The notes under the pieces: generated by a model
What the model was told of the DNA's origin: nothing
The model's input: the letters and a program-made list of their open reading frames with translations, nothing else
Database searches by the model: none
In this document: positions 19,248 through 28,017 of the stretch, piece after piece
Numbering within the stretch: position 1 is the stretch's first letter
Layout: each line of letters starts with the position of its first letter
Translations under genes and position numbers: made by a program
Source: Longimicrobiales bacterium
GTDB taxonomy: Bacteria > Gemmatimonadota > Gemmatimonadetes > Longimicrobiales > Gaopeijiaceae
Direction of reading: 5' to 3'
Assembly (NCBI GenBank): GCA_965248195.1
Contig: CBDFIQ010000001.1
Location: 1,216,001-1,280,000 of the forward strand
DNA length: 64,000 nt

Positions 19248-19276
19248 TTGACAGTATTTTCTCCCCGGCGTAGTCT
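19248..19276 (+). promoter_or_regulatory. sigma70-type promoter of susC1
   Basis: TTGACA, 17-nt spacer, TAGTCT. Confidence 0.65.
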
Positions 19277-19411
19277 GAGCCGGGTGCGCTTGGTAATAAG
19301 CGAATCAGGTCGGTAACATAACGCGTTATTGCTCACGAACTTTAGTCACACTCCTGAGGCGAGCCGCCTCGGGAAGTGGTGTTTTTTTTCGGTGTTCTTC
19401 CACCCCCGAGC

Positions 19412-19465
19412 GCGGCGGCCGGACCTCCGTGATCGGGCGGTGGCGGCCGAGTCGGTCGGCCAAGC
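19412..19465 (+). promoter_or_regulatory. Structured 5' leader element of susC1, shared with susC2
   Basis: CCGT-GATCGG-GCGG hairpin followed by GGCCGA-GTCGG-TCGGCC hairpin, about 30 nt upstream of the start codon. Confidence 0.45.
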
Positions 19466-19496
19466 AGTTCTCTTCTCCGACATGGGAGGATGTAAA

Positions 19497-22400
19497 ATGT
19501 CCAGATTAATTCGTTCACGTATGACGCGAGTTCTGGGAGCGGCGGCAGCGATCTTGATCGCCGCGCCGGGTCTCGTGGCTCAACAAGGTGGCACGGTCAC
19601 CGGCCGCATCAGCGACTCGCAGAGCGGAATTCCGATTGGGGCGGTCCAGGTCTTCATCCCGAGCTTGGATCTCGGCGGCCTCACGCAGCAGAATGGCCGC
19701 TATCTGCTTCAGAACGTCCCCGCGGGCACGCACGAGCTCAACGTGGCGCGGATCGGTTACCGCACCGTCGCGCAGCAGGTCACGGTGGGTGTTGGCCAGG
19801 TGTTCGAGCAGAATTTCGCCTTGGTCGAGGAAGCCCTGGCGCTCGACGAGATCGTCGTGACGGGGACCGCGGGAGGCAGTCAGGTGCGCGCCATCGGGAA
19901 TGTGGTCGCGCGCCTCGCCTTGCCCGACCTTCTGGTCACCGCTCCGGTCAGCACCACCGAGGATGTTCTCCAGGGGAGGATCCCTGGGTTGCAGATGATC
20001 GGCACTCCCAATAGCGCCGGCGACGGTGGTCAGATCCTGATCCGTGGCGCCGCCAGCGTCGGACTTTCCGGAGATCCTATCGTCTTCATCGATGGCGTTC
20101 GCATGAACGGCGAGCGCGCCGAGGTCGCACGGTACTCTACACAGTCCAGGCTCAACGACATCGATCCGAGGGACATCGAGAGCATCGAGGTGATCAAGGG
20201 TCCCGCTGCCGCCACCCTGTACGGGACCGAGGCCGCAAACGGGGTGATTCAGATTATCACCAAGAAGGGGCAGGCGGGTGAGGCGGTGTTCGACTTTACC
20301 ATTGAGACGGGGCAGATGTGGATGCCGGACAAGTATATTACACGAGGGTGGATTCCCAATACCGACCCAAGTTTAGGTCCTGTGTGTCCCAGCGTACCGT
20401 GTGAAAGCGTCGATCAACTCCTCAATACGAACCTCGTCGAGATCAGCCGGGAGCGTGGGTTTCCCGAGTTGCTTAGTGAAGGGCTGATCCAGAAATACAA
20501 CGCGTCCGTTCGAGGGGGCACCGAGCTGATGCGATATTCGGCGTCTCTGAGTCGGAACGATCAGCAGGGGGTCGTAGACTGGAACTTCGACAAGCGCACC
20601 TCGGTGCGGGCAAACTTCCAGGTGAATGCGAGCGAAAAGTTCAGATTTTCGCTAAACGGGGCTTACGGCGAGGGAAATAGGGGGCCTCCCCAAAGCTTCT
20701 GGGGTGGCAACTTTGCCTGGGGAGGGGTGCTGAATACCGTTTTCGACGACCATCGTGACAGAGGATACCAAACTCCGCCCGAAGCATATTCTTTAAAGAA
20801 CAGCTGGTGCGACGGGAGCTTCGGCGATCAGGGGGAGTTCGCCAATGGCGTCATCGATGGGGCCACGTTCACCGGAGATTTGGGCGGCGGGGACCAGTGG
20901 TGTCATAGGGAAATCAACTTCACTAAGCGGAGCACGTGGAGTTTGCAGATGAACCTCGAAGCCACCGATTGGCTCTCGCACCGTCTCACAATAGGCATCG
21001 ACCAGATTGTCGAGCGATATGAGGAGTTGGACGTCAGGCAGGGGGACAACGCACGGTTCTGGGGGACAGACGGGAGAGAGGGTCAGAAGGACGTCGAGAC
21101 CATTGACCTGCCAACGACGACCATGGATTTCTCCGGGACCGCGACGTTCCGTTTCAACGACGACCAGCTGGGGACGGCGACTTCCTACGGACTTCAGTAT
21201 TACCACTCGGAGAGACACCGATTCCGCGCCACTGGCGAGTTCTTCTCCGTATCTTCGCTCTCGACGGTCTCCGCTGCTGCGGATAGGAGTGGCAGCGAAT
21301 CGTTCGTGGAAAACACGACCGTCGGTCTGTACATCCAGGAGCAGCTCGATTGGGACAATCGGCTTTTCCTTACGCTGGCCGTCCGCGGGGATGACAACAG
21401 CGCGTTCGGAACGAACTTCGATGCTGCGATCTATCCCAAGGTGAGTGGTTCGTGGGTGGTCAACGAGGAGGACTTCTGGAACATCGACTTTGTCGACCAG
21501 CTCCGGCTCAGGGGCGCCTGGGGTCAGGCGGGTCAGCAGCCGGACGCGTTTGCATCCTCGAGGCTGTACGACCCGGAGACGGGCCCCGGCGGGGCGCCCA
21601 CCCTGTCGCCTGCTAGGTTCGGGAATTCTGATCTCGGCCCGGAGGTAGGCGAGGAGCTCGAGCTGGGCTTCGACGCTTCGCTGTGGGACGGAGCGGTTTC
21701 GATCGAATTCACGTACTTCGACCGCAAGACGAAAGATGCGATCGTGGGACGGACGATACCGCCGTCACTCTGGCCGGGATTCGCCGGGGACTTCGCCGGC
21801 GGGCTCCAGCTGGTGAACATCGGGAGGATAGACGCTTGGGGCAGCGAGACCGCGATAAACTGGAGCGCTCTGAACCGGCGGAACCTACGTCTCGATTTTG
21901 CTCTCGCGCACACGTGGCTTGGCAATAAGATCGTAGACATGGGCGAGACAACGAACAGGATCCAGGAAGGCCGGGGCAGGGCCCACCAGGAAGGGTTTTC
22001 GATCGCCGCCATTTCCGACCAGCGGGTCGTTTCCGCAGAATTCGAAAACGCCCCACGCGGCGCGGTGACGAATATCCTATGCGACCCCGGTGTGGACGGG
22101 GCGATTTCTCCCGGGCCATTGTCTGGGATAACCGGCATTGACTGCGCCGTGGCACCGAAACTGATATGGGCCTCGTCCCAACCGAAACAGTTCGTGAACC
22201 TGACTTCGACCGTTACACTTTTCGAGAATTGGCGGGCATCGGCCAACATCGACTCCCAGTTGCAACACTGGATGCATAGCGACTATCTCGGAGCCCGGCA
22301 TACGAGCTACCCGACCGCCCAGAGAATATATCTGCAGGACAACGCCATCGACCAGGCATACCGCACGATTACGCGGAACGGTCTCGCCTACCACAAGGGC

Positions 22401-22658
22401 GGTTTCGTCAAGCTACGGGAGGTGTCACTGTCCTATGCGTTCTCCGATGACATCGCCGGGAGGCTCGGTGCCGATCGGGGTTCTCTGACATTGGGAGTGC
22501 GCAACGTGGGGACGATCTGGCTCGCTCAGGAGATGGTGGGGGGTGAGCGGATTACAGATCCCGAAATGAGCCGGCCGAATTACGACTTCCAGGGTGAAAG
22601 CGGAGGCGACTGGCCTCCTTTGGCTCAGTGGACCATGCGGCTGAATTTGACGTTCTGA
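19497..22658 (+). CDS. susC: SusC/RagA-family TonB-dependent outer-membrane transporter 1
   Basis: N-terminal carboxypeptidase-regulatory-like domain, LDEIVVTG, IESIEVIKGPAAATLYGTEAANGVIQIITK, C-terminal Phe. GGAGGA RBS before the ATG at 19497. Confidence 0.95.
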   Translation: MSRLIRSRMTRVLGAAAAILIAAPGLVAQQGGTVTGRISDSQSGIPIGAVQVFIPSLDLGGLTQQNGRYLLQNVPAGTHELNVARIGYRTVAQQVTVGVGQVFEQNFALVEEALALDEIVVTGTAGGSQVRAIGNVVARLALPDLLVTAPVSTTEDVLQGRIPGLQMIGTPNSAGDGGQILIRGAASVGLSGDPIVFIDGVRMNGERAEVARYSTQSRLNDIDPRDIESIEVIKGPAAATLYGTEAANGVIQIITKKGQAGEAVFDFTIETGQMWMPDKYITRGWIPNTDPSLGPVCPSVPCESVDQLLNTNLVEISRERGFPELLSEGLIQKYNASVRGGTELMRYSASLSRNDQQGVVDWNFDKRTSVRANFQVNASEKFRFSLNGAYGEGNRGPPQSFWGGNFAWGGVLNTVFDDHRDRGYQTPPEAYSLKNSWCDGSFGDQGEFANGVIDGATFTGDLGGGDQWCHREINFTKRSTWSLQMNLEATDWLSHRLTIGIDQIVERYEELDVRQGDNARFWGTDGREGQKDVETIDLPTTTMDFSGTATFRFNDDQLGTATSYGLQYYHSERHRFRATGEFFSVSSLSTVSAAADRSGSESFVENTTVGLYIQEQLDWDNRLFLTLAVRGDDNSAFGTNFDAAIYPKVSGSWVVNEEDFWNIDFVDQLRLRGAWGQAGQQPDAFASSRLYDPETGPGGAPTLSPARFGNSDLGPEVGEELELGFDASLWDGAVSIEFTYFDRKTKDAIVGRTIPPSLWPGFAGDFAGGLQLVNIGRIDAWGSETAINWSALNRRNLRLDFALAHTWLGNKIVDMGETTNRIQEGRGRAHQEGFSIAAISDQRVVSAEFENAPRGAVTNILCDPGVDGAISPGPLSGITGIDCAVAPKLIWASSQPKQFVNLTSTVTLFENWRASANIDSQLQHWMHSDYLGARHTSYPTAQRIYLQDNAIDQAYRTITRNGLAYHKGGFVKLREVSLSYAFSDDIAGRLGADRGSLTLGVRNVGTIWLAQEMVGGERITDPEMSRPNYDFQGESGGDWPPLAQWTMRLNLTF

Positions 22659-22704
22659 GTCATGCCGACTCGATCGGCGACGACAAAACTACTTGGAGAT
22701 CGAA

Positions 22705-24222
22705 ATGACATATAATGACAGAGCCCCAGCAGGGGCTCAAAATCAGAGGCGTCTATGGTCTTGGCGGGCCGCGACGCTGGCCTCTCTGCTTGTGTTCGTT
22801 GTGGGGGGATGCAGCGAACTGCTCGAGGTGGACCTTCCCGGGTCCGTGCAAGCCACGGACCTCCTTGATCCGGCGTTGGCCGAGACGCTGGCCCTCTCGG
22901 TCCAGGGCGATTTCGAGTGTGGATTGGTGGACCAAATCGATTGGCCGGGCCTGTGGTTCGACCTATTCCTGAATTCGAGCACCTCTCGGCCGAACGCACT
23001 CATGGAATTGAGGGCCCAACTGGTAGACGTCTACGCCGACCCGTGCGCCTCGGGTACGGGACCGACTTGGACTATACTGCAGCTTCCCCGGATACAGGGC
23101 GAGAACATTCGCGCGATCCTGGCCGGATATGAGGATGGGGAGTGTCTAGCAAAATTCCAACCGGCTTGTGAGCTCCCGGAGGACGTTGATGCGAACTGGA
23201 TCAGGGCAAGGTCGTTTTTCTACGAAGCCTACTCGCTCCAGATCCTTACGGAGGCGTTCTGCGCGATGACGGTCAACGGGGGACCGCTGATGTTGCGGGG
23301 GGAGGCGTTCGCAGAGGCGGAACGTCGGTTCAATGAGGCGATGAGCTTCGCAGCCCTCGTAACAACCGATGAGACAGATTTTTCTCCCGCCGACCTGACC
23401 ACCGCTGCGTTGATCGGCCGCGCGAGATCCCAGCTATACCAGGGCAACACGGGGAGTATCGCCGCCGACTTGGCGGCGATTCCCATGGATTTCGAGTTCA
23501 TGGCGACCTACGCCAACTCGCCTAGCCGTCGCAGGAACGGGATCAACACCGACAATAACAGAGGTTCTGCCCGGATGCCACACAGGCAGTGGACGAACCT
23601 GACCATAAGCTTGGCTGGAGAGCTGACCCAGAACCGCCTGGTGGCGGGTACAACTGATATCGACGATCCGAGGGTTGAGATCGACTATTCTCCGAGCAGG
23701 GACTTCGGGGGCCGTGGGCTTATTGACTACCGGACGCAAGAGAAGTATGACAGTCGTGCGGCTGGTATCCCATTTGCTACCGGGCGTGAGGCCCTACTCA
23801 TGATCGCTGAGGTGGACCCAACCCGGACCTTGGCCATCATCAACACATTGCGCTCGGACGCCACCGGAGTGTACAGCGGGTTGGATACGAGCGCGTGGCC
23901 TCTGCCGGGCTACGCCGGCGGGACTGCCGCGGACATCGCAACCATGCTGCGCGAAGAGCGGAAGAGGGAGCTCTGGATGCAGAGCCAGAATCACGGGGAC
24001 GTTCTCCGCTGGGAGGGTATGCCCCGTCCGGCCGGAATGCAGACGTTCAGCCAAAAATTAGCTGGCACCCCGGCGATGCAGGAGTTTGAGCCCATTAGCG
24101 AGTACGGGTCGCCTCGTGGAACGTTCAACTGCCAGTCGATTCCGTTCCTCGAGAGGACCTCGAACGACAACCTGACCGACGGAGATCAGGGCCGAGCCGA
24201 GTACGACGCGGGGAATACTTGA
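22705..24222 (+). CDS. susD: SusD/RagB-like lipoprotein 1
   Basis: Lipobox VGGC, LEVDLPG, REALLMIAE, ERKRELW. Directly after susC. Confidence 0.88.
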   Translation: MTYNDRAPAGAQNQRRLWSWRAATLASLLVFVVGGCSELLEVDLPGSVQATDLLDPALAETLALSVQGDFECGLVDQIDWPGLWFDLFLNSSTSRPNALMELRAQLVDVYADPCASGTGPTWTILQLPRIQGENIRAILAGYEDGECLAKFQPACELPEDVDANWIRARSFFYEAYSLQILTEAFCAMTVNGGPLMLRGEAFAEAERRFNEAMSFAALVTTDETDFSPADLTTAALIGRARSQLYQGNTGSIAADLAAIPMDFEFMATYANSPSRRRNGINTDNNRGSARMPHRQWTNLTISLAGELTQNRLVAGTTDIDDPRVEIDYSPSRDFGGRGLIDYRTQEKYDSRAAGIPFATGREALLMIAEVDPTRTLAIINTLRSDATGVYSGLDTSAWPLPGYAGGTAADIATMLREERKRELWMQSQNHGDVLRWEGMPRPAGMQTFSQKLAGTPAMQEFEPISEYGSPRGTFNCQSIPFLERTSNDNLTDGDQGRAEYDAGNT

Positions 24223-24399
24223 TAGGCGGAACCCGTTCGACAGGGGCGGCCAACTAAACACGCGGCCAGATTTACTGAGCCCCGCGTATGCGGACCGAGT
24301 TCCTACGGTCTGTGTGCGCGGGGCTCGCAGTATTGGAACGGATACATCCTCGCGCTCGGGGGTACGCAATGGACTACCCCTGCCGAGGAGAGACCGAAC

Positions 24400-24822
24400 G
24401 TGATGCTTGCCGCAACAGACTCGCACGCACGCTTGAGGTCCGCGCTCCTGATCGTCCTCCTGGCTCTCGCGTCGGCCGGCTGCGCCAGTCCCGGCGCCAG
24501 CGGGGGTAACGCGTCTGAAAGTGCGTCTCCTGGCGCGGTTACCGGAGAGGAGCTCCGGCAGGTCTCCGCCAGAGATACGTACGAAGCATTGAAGCAACTC
24601 CGGCCCATCTGGCTTCTGCCCCGGGGGCGGTCGTCCCTGGTGTATTATTTGGCGGGGAGAGCGGTAGTGTATCTATCCGGAGTTCCGTACGGGGCGGTCA
24701 GCTCCCTCCGGGGGATCGAAGTTAATGATGTCCGGCAAATCGACTTCATGAACGCCATTGATGCTGGGATTCGTTACGGAACAGGGCATTCGGGCGGCAT
24801 AATCTTGGTCGAGCTCAGGTAG
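24400..24822 (+). CDS. Small lipoprotein consisting of a TonB-receptor plug-like domain
   Basis: Lipobox SAGC. YEALKQLRPIWL and DAGIRYGTGHSGGIILV resemble the end of a plug domain. Confidence 0.7.
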   Translation: MMLAATDSHARLRSALLIVLLALASAGCASPGASGGNASESASPGAVTGEELRQVSARDTYEALKQLRPIWLLPRGRSSLVYYLAGRAVVYLSGVPYGAVSSLRGIEVNDVRQIDFMNAIDAGIRYGTGHSGGIILVELR

Positions 24823-25017
24823 TGAGGGGGGCGGGTGTATAGACACTCGTGGCCGGTTGCGTGAGCTCGCGGCCGGCGCCTACCGTTGCCGGCAACCTAC
24901 TTGACACGCCCCAAACCGTCCCGTATGACGGTTGGATCAGAAACCGGCGAGCGGCCCAGCCGTGACGCCTCGATAAGGGGCGTGTGGTGTCCGAGAAAAC
25001 CCAGGAGCGGGAGCGCA

Positions 25018-27063
25018 ATGATGACTCGGGACCGAAGTGGTGTGTTACGTTCAGTTCTCCCGAGCCTGGTTCGGTCACTGACTCTGATCGGGGCCGTGTT
25101 GGCTTCGAGCTCAGCGTACGCCCAAGAACGGGGTACACCGTACGGCGAATGGCGCTACTGGGGCGCGGATGCATGGAGCACGCGGTACTCGCCCCTCGAC
25201 CAGATCAACGCCGACAACTTCGATGACCTCGAGCAGGCCTGGGTCTGGCGGGGCGACAACTTCGGGCCCTCGGTCGATTACATTTTGCGTGCCACTCCGA
25301 TCTACGTAGGTGGCAAGCTCTTCACCGTGGCCGGGCAAAGCCGGACGGTCGTGGCCCTCGACCCCGCGACCGGAGAGTCGCTCTGGTTGTATCGTGAGCC
25401 CCACACGACTCGGTGGGAGCGCTCGTCCCGAAAGAGCCACGGAAAGGGCGTGGCCTACGCCGAGATCGACGGGCGGGGCGTGATCTATCTGGTCACGCCG
25501 GCATTTTTCCTACACGCTTTGGACGCCGAGACGGGGCGGCCGATCGAGGGCTTCGGCGAGCCCGTGCCCCTCGACGGCTTCGAAGAGGGCGGCACGGTAG
25601 ATCTGCTGGCGGATCTCGGCCACCCCTATGACCCGGACTACGGCATCCCCGACTCGATCGGGTATATCACGAATACGTCGCCACCGATCGTCGTGAATGG
25701 GGTGGTGTTGATGGGGAACTCGAACTTGACGGGGCGCCTCGATACCCGCACGGAGAACGTGCCGGGCGACATCCTCGCGTACGACGCCCGGACCGGAGAG
25801 CATCTCTGGAAGTTCAATGTCGTCCCGCAACCCGGTGAGTTCGGCCATGAGACGTGGGAGAACGATGCCTGGTCCTGGAGTGGGAACGTCAACACGTGGC
25901 CTCCCCTGTCCGCCGATCTGGAACGGGGCATCGTCTACATTACCACCGACGCGCCGACCAACGACTACTTCGGCGGCTTCCGGCCGGGCGACAATCTCTT
26001 CGGAAACAGCATCGTCGCCCTGGACGTACGAACGGGGGAGCGGCTCTGGCACTTTCAGGCGATCCACCACGATGTCTGGGACCGGGACTTCCCGCTTCCC
26101 CCGAATCTCGTGGACCTGACAGTGGATGGTAGAGAGATTCCCGCGCTGGTTCAGAGCTCCAAACAGGCCTTTGTATACGCCTTCAATCGGGTGACCGGGG
26201 AGCCTATTTGGCCCATCGAGGAGCGGCCGGTGCCTCAGACCGACGTTCCTACGGAGCAGACTTCACCGACGCAGCCCTACCCTACCCGACCCGCAGCGTA
26301 CGAAATGCAGGGGCTCACGGAAGACGACCTCATCGACTTCACGCCGGCGCTCAACTCGTTGGCGCGCGAGATCGCCAGCGAGTGGCGCCTCGGCCCCATG
26401 TACAACCCGCCGCTCCACTCCGAGAATGCCGAGGGAAAGAAGGGGGCGGTGTTTTGTCCGGCTGCGGGAGGTGGATCCAACATCCCGGGCGGTACCGTGA
26501 TGGATCCGGAGAGCGGAATCATGTACGCGGCGTCCGTGAAGACGTGTAGCGCGTTCGTTTTGGTGCCGGGCGAGGACAGGGATGCCGTGATGACGGGGCA
26601 GTCTGGTAGAACCATCGTCGAGTGGCATCACTCGCCTGTGCCGGGTGGATTTCGCGGCCCTGAGGGACTCCCGATGTTAAAGCCCCCGTACGGGCGGATC
26701 ACCGCGATCGATATGAATACCGGTGAGCACCTGTGGTGGATTCCCAACGGGGATACGCCGGAGCGCATCACGAACCACCCCATGCTTCAAGGGGTGGATC
26801 TTCCGAACACTGGCCAGTCGTCTCACGCCACGGCCATGGTTACGCGCAGTCTCCTCATCTATGGCGAAGGGCGGAGCGGGGAGCCGCGCATGCACGCTGT
26901 GGACAAGCGCACGGGGGAACGGCTCGGCACGGTCGGGTTGCCGGCGACCACGGACACCGCTCCGATGACCTTCTTGCACGAAGGTAGGCAATACATCGTT
27001 ACCGCCGTTTCGGGGCCCCAACTTCCGGGATCGCTCGTTGCGCTACGGCTCCCCCTCCCGTGA
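25018..27063 (+). CDS. Secreted PQQ-dependent dehydrogenase (Gcd/QuiA-like catalytic domain)
   Basis: TRYSPLDQIN, ATPI, SPPIVVNG, PGDILAYD, SAD, HHDVWDRD, KPPYGRITAID. Track start 24886. Confidence 0.92.
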   Translation: MMTRDRSGVLRSVLPSLVRSLTLIGAVLASSSAYAQERGTPYGEWRYWGADAWSTRYSPLDQINADNFDDLEQAWVWRGDNFGPSVDYILRATPIYVGGKLFTVAGQSRTVVALDPATGESLWLYREPHTTRWERSSRKSHGKGVAYAEIDGRGVIYLVTPAFFLHALDAETGRPIEGFGEPVPLDGFEEGGTVDLLADLGHPYDPDYGIPDSIGYITNTSPPIVVNGVVLMGNSNLTGRLDTRTENVPGDILAYDARTGEHLWKFNVVPQPGEFGHETWENDAWSWSGNVNTWPPLSADLERGIVYITTDAPTNDYFGGFRPGDNLFGNSIVALDVRTGERLWHFQAIHHDVWDRDFPLPPNLVDLTVDGREIPALVQSSKQAFVYAFNRVTGEPIWPIEERPVPQTDVPTEQTSPTQPYPTRPAAYEMQGLTEDDLIDFTPALNSLAREIASEWRLGPMYNPPLHSENAEGKKGAVFCPAAGGGSNIPGGTVMDPESGIMYAASVKTCSAFVLVPGEDRDAVMTGQSGRTIVEWHHSPVPGGFRGPEGLPMLKPPYGRITAIDMNTGEHLWWIPNGDTPERITNHPMLQGVDLPNTGQSSHATAMVTRSLLIYGEGRSGEPRMHAVDKRTGERLGTVGLPATTDTAPMTFLHEGRQYIVTAVSGPQLPGSLVALRLPLP

Positions 27064-27125
27064 AGGCGGCGCCTGCCCGGCCCGGTTCTTTTCTGGGACT
27101 GGGGCGGAGCCGCTTCAGGACGAGT

Positions 27126-27217
27126 GTACTGTATCACGATGTACTAAGAACGCGTACTGAGAACGCGTACTAAGAATGCGTACCAAGAAACGCGATGTAC
27201 CAAGCACGCGATGAACT
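27126..27217. repeat. Intergenic minisatellite, 13-bp unit GTACTAAGAACGC with longer degenerate variants
   Basis: Units start at 27141, 27154, 27167, 27180 and 27197, immediately upstream of the RBS of the next gene. Confidence 0.85.
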
Positions 27218-27236
27218 AAAAAAAGGAGCGTCACGA

Positions 27237-28016
27237 ATGGAGAACGTCGTGCGTAGTCTCGCCTCGGGTGCGATATCCCTCACGCTGATCGTCGCGCTCG
27301 GCTCCTGCAGTGCGGAGAGCGCCGAAGACGAGATGGGGTCGGTGAGCGAAAACGTCGAAGTCGAGATCACGTCGTTCGTAGGAGCCGGCGTTCAGGTCGA
27401 GTTCGGCGGGACCGTGATCCACGTCGATCCTTGGAGCAGGGGCGATTACACGAACGCGCTGCCGGCCGACCTCATATTGATCACCGATGCGCCGGGAGAC
27501 CACCTGGACCCGGATCTGATCCAGCGGCTTCGTAAGCCCGGAGCCCCGGTCGTGCTTCCTTCTACACCGGAGAACGCCAGGGACGAGGGGTCGCGCGATC
27601 GGCTGCTGCGAGTCCCCGACGGCATCGTCATGAACAACGGCGACAACTTGACGTTGGCCGGTGTGCCCGTGGAAGCCGTGCCGATGTACGACATCCTCCC
27701 GGGGTCTCCATTCCACGCGAGGGGCGAGGGCAACGGATATGTCATCACCTTCGGCGGTCAGCGAATCTACTTCTCCGGAGTCACGGAGTGTGTGCCTGAA
27801 ATCCAAGCCCTCGAGGACATCGACATTGCTTTCATGCCGTTGAACCTACCCCACGGCCGGATGGTGCCGCTGGTTGCCGCTGAATGTGTAAAGATCATCA
27901 GGCCCGCGATCGTCTACCCGTATCATTACCGAGAGCTGCCGATCGACGAGTACCTCGAGGCTCTACGCGGCGAATCCGACATCGAGGTGCGCGTACGCGA
28001 CTGGTATCCCTCCTGA
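27237..28016 (+). CDS. Metallo-beta-lactamase-fold lipoprotein with a degenerate metal site
   Basis: Lipobox LGSC. IHVDP, ADLILITDAPGDHLD, FH..GNGYVI, IYFSGVTE, DIAFMP, YPYHY. AAGGAG RBS. Confidence 0.82.
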   Translation: MENVVRSLASGAISLTLIVALGSCSAESAEDEMGSVSENVEVEITSFVGAGVQVEFGGTVIHVDPWSRGDYTNALPADLILITDAPGDHLDPDLIQRLRKPGAPVVLPSTPENARDEGSRDRLLRVPDGIVMNNGDNLTLAGVPVEAVPMYDILPGSPFHARGEGNGYVITFGGQRIYFSGVTECVPEIQALEDIDIAFMPLNLPHGRMVPLVAAECVKIIRPAIVYPYHYRELPIDEYLEALRGESDIEVRVRDWYPS

Positions 28017-28017
28017 C

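Noticed and set aside
27141..27212. Possible CRISPR array or iterons
   Set aside because: 13-bp units without spacers, and no rep or cas gene nearby.
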